DNA of 15,827 bases from a virus. Lineage: Duplodnaviria; Heunggongvirae; Uroviricota; Caudoviricetes. Under the pieces are notes generated by a model. That model saw only the letters and a list, made by a program, of their open reading frames with translations, did not search any database and had not been told where the DNA came from. A program made the position numbers and the translations under genes. Within the stretch, counting starts at the first letter, position 1. Each line of letters begins with the position of its first letter. Shown in pieces: positions 1-6,383 of the stretch. Where the stretch lies: the IMG/VR virus record IMGVR_UViG_3300020042_002824; one strand, 5' to 3'.

Positions 1-92
1 ATGGAGAATACAATGTTCTCTTAATTGGAACTAGAAAAGATAAATTAGCTTTAGATGCTTGGAATGGCACAGAAGTTAATGATGTAGAATAA
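1..92 (+). CDS. 5'-truncated CDS; C-terminus of a probable tail fibre/structural protein
   Basis: Frame from base 3 reads GEYNVLLIGTRKDKLALDAWNGTEVNDVE*, with TAA at 90-92. As I recall, YNVLxIGTRKD ends occur in Bacteroidota-phage fibre proteins. Too short to verify. Confidence 0.45.
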   Translation, partial: GEYNVLLIGTRKDKLALDAWNGTEVNDVE

Positions 93-121
93 TAATTTTA
101 AAACTTAAAAAACAAAAAAAA

Positions 122-340
122 ATGGCAAACTTACAAGAATTACAAGCTCAGTTAGAAGCTAAACAACAAGAAATGCAACAAGCTAGAGAAGCTAAAATAC
201 AGGCTTATCTAGCAGATGTCCAAGCTAAAGAAGAAGCTAGGAAAGCAGCAGAGGCAGCTAAATCTGATGAAGAGAAAGCAGCAGAATTAGTAGCAAAGAT
301 TGCAGCATTAGATGCTAGTTTAGTAGAAATTAAAAAGTAA
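122..340 (+). CDS. Small coiled-coil protein (72 aa)
   Basis: Ala/Glu/Gln/Lys-rich heptad-like sequence (LQELQAQLEAKQQEMQQ) with an A-rich start context. Confidence 0.75.
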   Translation: MANLQELQAQLEAKQQEMQQAREAKIQAYLADVQAKEEARKAAEAAKSDEEKAAELVAKIAALDASLVEIKK

Positions 341-367
341 TAAAGAAAAAACCAACAAAAACTACAT

Positions 368-1384
368 ATGAAGGATCTTAAATTTATCTGTGCTCAGCCA
401 GATGACGTCTACTATACGTGGCAAGTTCATCTATGGTTGGAAAGCTTGAAAAAGCTTGGACATTCAGACAAAGCAATTGTTTTAGTGTACACTCCTAGTT
501 TTAGAGAATACAATGGTAAGTGGGAGAAGATAATGGAACTGTATCCAGAAGCACAATTTGCTTTCTACAAGGATACAGGAGATGTTAGTCAATATTTAGG
601 AGTGTACATTCCTATTCTACGTCCATATTGCTTGATGAGATATTTTCAGGACAACCCTGATATGATCACCAAAGCAGTGTTTTACTGTGACTGTGACGTA
701 ATCTTCACAGATAAATTTAACGTTGATGAGTTTAAAGATGATGATATAAACTATCTCTCTGATACAAACAGTTATATCAACGCTTCATATTTTGATAGTA
801 AAATAAAAGATGTGCTTCCAGAGAAGCTGGAGGAATACAAGACAAGAGATGTTCTAGCTGAACTTGCAAGTTTAGTAGGCATCAATAGAGAAATAGCTGA
901 AGCTAACAATGAACACTCAGGAGGAGCGCAATATTTCTTAAAGAATGTAGATTCTGATTTCTGGAAGAAGGTGATGAATGATTGTGTTCTGATTCGTGTC
1001 TACTTACAGAATATAAATAAAGAGTTCTTCAAAGATGAGAACAAAGGGTTTCAAAGCTGGTGTGCAGATATGTGGGCTGTGCTATGGAACGTTTGGCTTA
1101 GAGGACAAGAGACAAAGAACATTCCTGAATTGGAATTCTGTTGGTCTTCAGATCCTATTGAGAAGCTAGAAAGAACAACAATATTACATAATGCAGGTAT
1201 TACAGGACAACACAATATGGGTTATCCTGCCTTCTACAAAGGAGCCTACCACGCTGGTAAAGATCCTTTTCAAGACACACATTTAGATGTGGTGTTGAAT
1301 GATGAGAAGTCTAAGAAGTATGCCAATCATTATTATGTAACACAACTATTAGAAATAAAAAACAAATATAATTTAAATTATTAA
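368..1384 (+). CDS. GT-A fold glycosyltransferase, HPAT/SERGT1 (GT95/GT96)-like candidate peptide O-glycosyltransferase (338 aa)
   Basis: DxD motif YCDCDVIF, plus DDVYYTWQV, YIPILRPYCL, SWCADMWAVLW and ILHNAG in the same order as the motifs I recall for plant HPAT (SVYNTWQC, YVVLNRPW, EPDH, GWVLEMYAY, IIHYTYG). Confidence 0.7.
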   Translation: MKDLKFICAQPDDVYYTWQVHLWLESLKKLGHSDKAIVLVYTPSFREYNGKWEKIMELYPEAQFAFYKDTGDVSQYLGVYIPILRPYCLMRYFQDNPDMITKAVFYCDCDVIFTDKFNVDEFKDDDINYLSDTNSYINASYFDSKIKDVLPEKLEEYKTRDVLAELASLVGINREIAEANNEHSGGAQYFLKNVDSDFWKKVMNDCVLIRVYLQNINKEFFKDENKGFQSWCADMWAVLWNVWLRGQETKNIPELEFCWSSDPIEKLERTTILHNAGITGQHNMGYPAFYKGAYHAGKDPFQDTHLDVVLNDEKSKKYANHYYVTQLLEIKNKYNLNY

Positions 1385-1393
1385 TTATTAATT

Positions 1394-1606
1394 ATGGCCT
1401 CAATTAACTCTCGCCCTCTCAAAGCATATGTGCGCTTTGATGGTACTGGAAGAATCGTTCCAAGCAGCCTAATTCTAAGAAGAAAAATGCCTAAAGTGGG
1501 TAAATGGAAAGAGATTCCAGCTTACGAATGTTGTAATCCAACAACTACAACTACTACAACCACAGTAGCCCCAACAACAACAACTACAACTACTGTCCCA
1601 GGATAG
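1394..1606 (+). CDS. Thr-rich (mucin-like) small protein, paralog 1 (70 aa)
   Basis: 40-aa domain LKAYVRFDGTGR...WKEIPAYECCN followed by P-T8-VAP-T7-VPG. Confidence 0.8.
   Translation: MASINSRPLKAYVRFDGTGRIVPSSLILRRKMPKVGKWKEIPAYECCNPTTTTTTTTVAPTTTTTTTVPG
1538..1597 (+). repeat. Poly-Thr codon tract (ACN)n, two blocks
   Basis: Mixed ACA/ACT/ACC codons encoding P-T8-VAP-T7-V. Confidence 0.9.
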
Positions 1607-1623
1607 TATAAAACTAATATAAA

Positions 1624-2016
1624 ATGGCAAATCAAAGTAAATTAAAAGCATACGTACGATATGATGGTACAGGTAGAGTGATTAGTGGTAGTTTGATCTT
1701 ACAAAGATTCAAACCTGCTGTAGGTAATTGGGTGGAGATTGATGCTAGTGAATGTTGTAATTACGTTCCTACCACCACCACTACAACCACTGCTACTCCT
1801 ACTACTACCACAACTACTACTGTTCTTTCTGGATGTTTAGAGTATAATGTTGTAGTACCTGATGGTGGAAGTGGAACACTTAGTGGTGTTGATTGTGTTG
1901 GAAATCCTTTTGGACCAGTAACTCTTACAGGACCTGTTGATCAAAATTATTGTTTTGAGAGCATAAGTTCAACTGGAGACGTTACTATAACACTAGTAGG
2001 ACCTTGTAACCCATAA
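1624..2016 (+). CDS. Thr-rich (mucin-like) protein, paralog 2, with Cys-containing C-terminal domain (130 aa)
   Basis: Same 40-aa N-domain (27/40 identical to paralog 1 by hand alignment), then P-T7-ATP-T7-V, then a ~60-aa beta-rich domain with 4 Cys. Confidence 0.85.
   Translation: MANQSKLKAYVRYDGTGRVISGSLILQRFKPAVGNWVEIDASECCNYVPTTTTTTTATPTTTTTTTVLSGCLEYNVVVPDGGSGTLSGVDCVGNPFGPVTLTGPVDQNYCFESISSTGDVTITLVGPCNP
1768..1824 (+). repeat. Poly-Thr codon tract (ACN)n, two blocks
   Basis: Mixed ACC/ACT/ACA codons encoding P-T7-ATP-T7-V. Confidence 0.9.
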
Positions 2017-2032
2017 TAAAAATCAATATAGA

Positions 2033-2437
2033 ATGGCAAAATCATTATTCCCAGATGAGATGATAAGATCAGGGGAACTAAACTTGGAAACAATAGCTGG
2101 GAAGCTTACACATTTCCATGAGCAATTACACTTAACTCATTGGCAGACAAAGAGTTATGCTGAGCATCAAGCTCTAGGAGCATTGTACGATTATGTACAG
2201 GATTTCAAAGATGGTGTAATTGAAAAGCTTATGGGATATACAGGTAAAAGACCTGCTCCATACAAGATAGAACCTCTTACAAATTGTACAGGGGATGAAT
2301 GTGTGTCAAAACTTTTATCTTTTGCATCCTCTTTAAAAAGCTATGCTGAAGCAAACAGCTATCACGACATTGCAAATCTAGCAGATGCGTTGTCTGGTGA
2401 AGCTGCAAAAACTAAATACTTATTAACCTTGTCTTAA
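2033..2437 (+). CDS. Ferritin-like / Dps-like four-helix-bundle protein (DUF5856-like, 134 aa)
   Basis: HLTHWQTKSYAEHQALGALYD...DGVIEKLMG parallels the Dps HW...H...LY...D..AE pattern. The C-terminal helix DIANLADALSGEAAKTKYLL matches Dps helix 4. Confidence 0.7.
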   Translation: MAKSLFPDEMIRSGELNLETIAGKLTHFHEQLHLTHWQTKSYAEHQALGALYDYVQDFKDGVIEKLMGYTGKRPAPYKIEPLTNCTGDECVSKLLSFASSLKSYAEANSYHDIANLADALSGEAAKTKYLLTLS

Positions 2438-2727
2438 TGCAAATTAACAAGAAATTTTTCCCAGAGGTGATGCAAGATAACGAACTTGCTTATTTTGCTC
2501 ACCTCGAAGGAATTATTGCTTCAGTGGATGAACTCTCTATATTAGAGATAACTAAAAACCCCAACTCCTATCATTTTAGATTGGCTGCCTCTGTGCCCAA
2601 GTATAATGACATGTTACTTGAGGAACTATTGAAGTTCCATAACATGTTTCACATTAAGCTAGATCTTAGCAAAAGCATTAAAAGCTCTGCTACTATCACG
2701 TTTGAAATAAATTTGGAGAATTCATAA
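2437..2727 (+). CDS. Hypothetical protein (96 aa)
   Basis: ORF coupled to the upstream gene by a TAATG overlap. Confidence 0.75.
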   Translation: MQINKKFFPEVMQDNELAYFAHLEGIIASVDELSILEITKNPNSYHFRLAASVPKYNDMLLEELLKFHNMFHIKLDLSKSIKSSATITFEINLENS

Positions 2728-2743
2728 TAAATACATATCTTTG
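2712..2743 (+). promoter_or_regulatory. Bacteroidota primary-sigma promoter TTTG-N20-TATCTTTG
   Basis: tttg at 2712-2715, a 20-nt spacer, TATCTTTG at 2736-2743. Exact match to the established Bacteroides/Flavobacterium -33/-7 consensus, ~20 nt upstream of ATG 2765. Confidence 0.7.
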
Positions 2744-2764
2744 TATTTAAAAAAAATTACAACT

Positions 2765-3040
2765 ATGTCAGAAGAAATCAACCAAGTAGACGTGGCTAAT
2801 GAAGCCCCAAGTTATGACCCTAGTAAGAAATATACATGGTCAATGGAACATAACTTTACCATCTCTGGAGGAGAGTTTGGTGTAATATTAAATGCTTTAC
2901 GTGCTATTACAAATACACCAGAAGCACACGCTATCTTCTTAGCAGACAGAGCAGCAGGTGCTGTTGAATCTGTTCTAGCTAGAGGTGTAGAAGCAGGTAT
3001 TGTTAAAGAAGTTGAAGAATCTCCTAAAGGTACATTATAA
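2765..3040 (+). CDS. Hypothetical acidic protein (91 aa; ATG start MSEEINQ preferred over TTG 2741)
   Basis: The TTG at 2741 lies inside the -7 promoter box; ATG 2765 has an A-rich leader. Confidence 0.75.
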   Translation: MSEEINQVDVANEAPSYDPSKKYTWSMEHNFTISGGEFGVILNALRAITNTPEAHAIFLADRAAGAVESVLARGVEAGIVKEVEESPKGTL

Positions 3041-3189
3041 TGGCAAAAGAAATGATTAAACGCAAGGATGGTTCTGTTTCACAACGTGGTTTGTGGGATA
3101 ACATTCGTGCTGCTAAAGGATCTGGCAAGAAACCAACAGCTGCTATGCTAAAGCAAGAAAAGAAAATAAAAGCTAAAACTAAAAAATAA
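3040..3189 (+). CDS. Small basic protein (49 aa), missed by the ORF track
   Basis: MAKEMIKRKDGSVSQRGLWDNIRAAKGSGKKPTAAMLKQEKKIKAKTKK. TAATG overlaps at both ends; 16 K/R versus 4 D/E. Confidence 0.8.
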   Translation: MAKEMIKRKDGSVSQRGLWDNIRAAKGSGKKPTAAMLKQEKKIKAKTKK

Positions 3190-3545
3190 TGGCAAAGATT
3201 AAAAAAGCTGCTATGGGTAGCATGTCAGGATTGAAAGCTTCTGATAAGCGTGTAGGTCCTGTAGATCCACTAGGTGCTTGGACTAAAGTTCAAGAGAATA
3301 CATTAGCAGATGCTAGAATGACTCCTAAGTTAAAGAAAGATAAAGAACTTGGTGCCACCAAAATGGAAGGTGGTGGTAAGGTGGGACGTTCTGAGAAGTC
3401 TTATGGCTTGGACAAGAAAACACCTGCATACAAAGACATCAACCCTGGAAGTTTCAGAAAAGCTGCTTTAAAGCGTGAATCTGAATTAATAGAAAAACGC
3501 AGTGGTGAAATGGCTCCTAAGTTAAAATCTTCTAAAAAGAAATAA
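3189..3545 (+). CDS. Lys-rich basic protein, putative DNA-binding/core protein (118 aa)
   Basis: Starts MAKIKKAAMG, has internal KMEGGG, ends KKK. Confidence 0.75.
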   Translation: MAKIKKAAMGSMSGLKASDKRVGPVDPLGAWTKVQENTLADARMTPKLKKDKELGATKMEGGGKVGRSEKSYGLDKKTPAYKDINPGSFRKAALKRESELIEKRSGEMAPKLKSSKKK

Positions 3546-3546
3546 C

Positions 3547-3918
3547 ATGGCAACTATTAAGAAAGCACAAACTGGTGCTGGAGTTCCTAAAGGAATGGTT
3601 CGTGGTGAAATGACAGGCAAGCTTATTAAGAAGTCTGTTCAAGACAAACGAGATATTGACATGGCTGATGCTTTAGATAAGCAAGCTGGTAAGGGCAAGT
3701 ATGCTCCTAAACCTAAAGGTCTAAACTTTGATAAGAAAAGTTTTGATAAACTACCTGCGTTAAAGACCAAAGCTAAAGATGGTAAATGGATTCAAAAGGC
3801 TGTTAATCCAGCCCATAAAGGATATTGTACACCAATGACCAAAGCTACATGTACTCCTAAGCGTAAAGCTTTAGCTAAGACATTTAAAGCAATGGGCAGA
3901 GCTAGAAAAGGTAAATAA
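3547..3918 (+). CDS. Lys-rich basic protein, putative DNA-binding/core protein (123 aa)
   Basis: Starts MATIKKAQTG. C-terminal module KAKDG-KWIQKAVNPAHKGYC...C...KALAKTFK. Confidence 0.75.
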   Translation: MATIKKAQTGAGVPKGMVRGEMTGKLIKKSVQDKRDIDMADALDKQAGKGKYAPKPKGLNFDKKSFDKLPALKTKAKDGKWIQKAVNPAHKGYCTPMTKATCTPKRKALAKTFKAMGRARKGK

Positions 3919-3919
3919 C

Positions 3920-4564
3920 ATGGCTAGAATTCCTAAAACAAAAGTTTATAACCCACAGAAGGCAGAAGCCTATGTAGGTAAAGGGGTTCTCAGAAATGGA
4001 GACACCATTACAGCTATTAAAGGTGCTATAACACCTGTTCCTAATGGCCACCTTATAAAGAAAGATGGTACATCATTAAAGAATGGTAGTAAGATTGTTA
4101 AAGCTGGTGGTCAAACACATAAAGTGTTTAAGAAGAAAGTTGATAAAGGTATAGGTGATAAAGGGGATATAGTTGTAGATCATACAGCTGGTCCTTCTGC
4201 TGGTAAATGGGATAAGATTAACCTTACTAAGAAATCTAAAGCTAAGACTGTTAAACAAGGTGTTGCTTCTGTAAAGAAGTGGCATAGAGAAAATCCTATG
4301 ATGAAGAATGGTGGATCTACACCAGCTTGGCAACGTAAAGAGGGTAAAAGTTCTACAGGTGGTTTAAACGCTAAAGGTAGAGCTTCTTATAACAGAGCTA
4401 ACCCAGGTAAACCAGGTCTTAAAGCTCCTCAACCTGAAGGAGGTTCTCGCAAGAAATCATTCTGTGCTAGAATGTCAGGGATGAAAAAGAAACTCACAAG
4501 TGCTAAGACAGCAAATGATCCTAATAGTAGAATCAATAAGTCTTTGCGTAAATGGAAATGCTAA
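3920..4564 (+). CDS. Modular basic protein with C-terminal DUF6321-like module (214 aa)
   Basis: Modules separated by LRNGD/LKNGS/VKAGG/MKNGG. The C-terminal STPAWQRKEGK...GGLNAKGRASYN...RKKSFCARMSG...SRINKSLRKWKC matches a recurrent phage family (recalled as DUF6321). Confidence 0.7.
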   Translation: MARIPKTKVYNPQKAEAYVGKGVLRNGDTITAIKGAITPVPNGHLIKKDGTSLKNGSKIVKAGGQTHKVFKKKVDKGIGDKGDIVVDHTAGPSAGKWDKINLTKKSKAKTVKQGVASVKKWHRENPMMKNGGSTPAWQRKEGKSSTGGLNAKGRASYNRANPGKPGLKAPQPEGGSRKKSFCARMSGMKKKLTSAKTANDPNSRINKSLRKWKC

Positions 4565-4585
4565 ATTTAAAATAAAATAATCAAA

Positions 4586-5209
4586 ATGGCAAAGATGAAA
4601 AAATACCAAGGTGGTGGAAATGTAGATCCTAGGGTGGCTGCGTTCTTAAAGAAAAGAGCTGCTTCAGACACTACTAAAATGTACAACAGAGGTGAAATGT
4701 TAGAAACCATTAATGCAATAACTGCAGGTAAGATTAAACCTCGTGTAGATAAACCTATGGCTTCTGGTCAAGGCACTAAGAAATATGCTACAGTTAATAA
4801 AGGTGATACCACTTATATGAGCAAAGGAGATTTTGAAAAGAAATATGCACAGAAGAAAGCTGGTGGTAAAATTAAGAAAGCTAAATCTGGTGGTTCTTTT
4901 CCTGACTTAAACAAAGATGGTAAGATTACACAAGCTGACATCCTTAAAGGACGTGGTGTTATTAAAAATGGTGCTGCTCTTAAAAAACAAGCTGCAATAG
5001 CAATTGCTATGAAGAAAGCTGGTAAAACACCTAAGAAGATGATGAAATCTGGTGGTACATTATCTGCTCCTAAGAAAGATGGTTTATCTATGGAATTAGG
5101 TACTTACACAAGACAAATTGGTAAAAACTACACTGGTAAAAATGTTGTTAACAAAGGTGCTAAGGCTAAAATGGGTAAGTCTGTAGGTAAATGTAAATAT
5201 GGCTGTTAA
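4586..5209 (+). CDS. Modular basic protein with EF-hand-like loop (207 aa)
   Basis: Starts MAKMKKYQGGG, with repeated KKAGG/AKSGG/IKNGA/MKSGG/AKMGK and a DLNKDGKITQAD loop. Confidence 0.75.
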   Translation: MAKMKKYQGGGNVDPRVAAFLKKRAASDTTKMYNRGEMLETINAITAGKIKPRVDKPMASGQGTKKYATVNKGDTTYMSKGDFEKKYAQKKAGGKIKKAKSGGSFPDLNKDGKITQADILKGRGVIKNGAALKKQAAIAIAMKKAGKTPKKMMKSGGTLSAPKKDGLSMELGTYTRQIGKNYTGKNVVNKGAKAKMGKSVGKCKYGC

Positions 5210-5220
5210 AACCAACAATT

Positions 5221-5499
5221 ATGGCAAAGATAAAAAAAGCACAGTCTGCAATGGTTGATCAAGACAGACAATGGAAGGTGAATTCAGCAATGGATACACT
5301 TCTTCGCTACAATGAGTTATTAGCTGATAAAGCTTTAATGGCTGATGTACAAAAGAAAGCTCAAGATCAATTAAGCACTGTTACTAATACTCTTAAAATG
5401 GGCGGTAAGGTAACTAAAAAGGCTGTTTCTAAAAAACCTATGGCTAAGAAAGCTATGGTTAAGAAAATAGCTAAAAAAGTTGTAGCTAAAAAGAAATAA
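5221..5499 (+). CDS. Basic protein with histone H1-like C-terminal tail (92 aa)
   Basis: Starts MAKIKKAQS. After LKMGG comes KVTKKAVSKKPMAKKAMVKKIAKKVVAKKK (14 K in 30 aa, no acidic residue). Confidence 0.75.
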   Translation: MAKIKKAQSAMVDQDRQWKVNSAMDTLLRYNELLADKALMADVQKKAQDQLSTVTNTLKMGGKVTKKAVSKKPMAKKAMVKKIAKKVVAKKK

Positions 5500-5705
5500 T
5501 GAAATCAACTAAAGTAACTAGTAAACAAGCAAAGTCAGTAAAGCCAATGACTGCAGGTAAAGCTAAAGGATCAGGTACACCAAGACCTGCACCTAAGGTG
5601 GCTCCTCCTAAACCAGTCAATGGTAATTATATGAAGGAAGCTGATACACCTCTTAGATTGAAAAGTAAAATGTGGCCTCTTAAACAAAAGAGGTTATCAA
5701 AATAA
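5499..5705 (+). CDS. Small Lys/Pro-rich basic protein (68 aa)
   Basis: TAATG coupling to the upstream gene; K/P-rich composition. Confidence 0.7.
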   Translation: MKSTKVTSKQAKSVKPMTAGKAKGSGTPRPAPKVAPPKPVNGNYMKEADTPLRLKSKMWPLKQKRLSK

Positions 5706-5814
5706 CTGTCTTCTCCTGCATCCCTCGCTCTGCACGCTCAGGTTGTGGTAACTCAGTCTAGAATGAGCCCCTTAAAGAAGAATTTCCCCCCTATAGTCTC
5801 AGTATTATAGGTCT

Positions 5815-5848
5815 AAAAAAGCCTCCCTTAAAAAAGGAGGCTTTTTTT
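5815..5848. terminator. Bidirectional intrinsic terminator between convergent gene blocks
   Basis: AAAAAA-GCCTCC-cttaaaaaa-GGAGGC-TTTTTTT: GC stem flanked by A and T tracts. Confidence 0.85.
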
Positions 5849-6383
5849 ATGATACTAATGAATTGTATACAGATAGTATCTTGTTTATGTAATGTTTATT
5901 CTTTGCTTTTTTATAACAGTTCTCAGCAAATACACCATCAGCATCTCTCCTTGATAGAACAAATCTTTCTTGATTCACTATAGATGTATGTACAATGAAG
6001 TTATGGCTATCTACATAGCTTAACTTAATTATGTTTCCATACAATCTATGTACACCACTGTTCCACAGTTGATCAAATGATATAAAATCATTGTTTAAGT
6101 CTTTGATATTGTCCCACAACTCTGGATGCATAGTTGTATCATCATCGTTGAAATATATCCAACCCTCTGTTACTAGATTAATTGCTAGGTTTCTTTGTGC
6201 ATTTCCACATACGCTTTTTACATCCTTTATACAATAAGCTTCACATTCAGGAATATCAGTTGGAATAGTCTCTGAATCAAACACAACAATCCATCTGTAA
6301 TTTTCTTTAGGTATGTTAATGCTTTCTGCAATTCTATGTAAAAAATGAGGTCTACTACAAGGAGTGATAATATTTAAGAACAT
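5847..6383 (-). CDS. GT2-like (GT-A) glycosyltransferase (178 aa)
   Basis: IITPCSRP, GNAQRNLAI, YFNDDDT (DxD) and ADGVF motifs. Confidence 0.8.
   Translation of the reverse strand: MFLNIITPCSRPHFLHRIAESINIPKENYRWIVVFDSETIPTDIPECEAYCIKDVKSVCGNAQRNLAINLVTEGWIYFNDDDTTMHPELWDNIKDLNNDFISFDQLWNSGVHRLYGNIIKLSYVDSHNFIVHTSIVNQERFVLSRRDADGVFAENCYKKAKNKHYINKILSVYNSLVS

Noticed and set aside
1604-1624. TAG read-through fusing the two Thr-rich paralogs
   Set aside because: The second ATG (1624) is not in frame with the TAG at 1604-1606; read-through would stop about 14 codons later.
4076-4333. 85-aa minus-strand ORF
   Set aside because: Antisense shadow of the 3920-4564 gene, with no motif or start context.
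5706-5814. tRNA or HDV-like/theta ribozyme in the GC-rich spacer
   Set aside because: No T-loop GTTCRA or cloverleaf on either strand. UCCCUCG resembles an HDV L3, but I could not build P1/P2/P3 around it.
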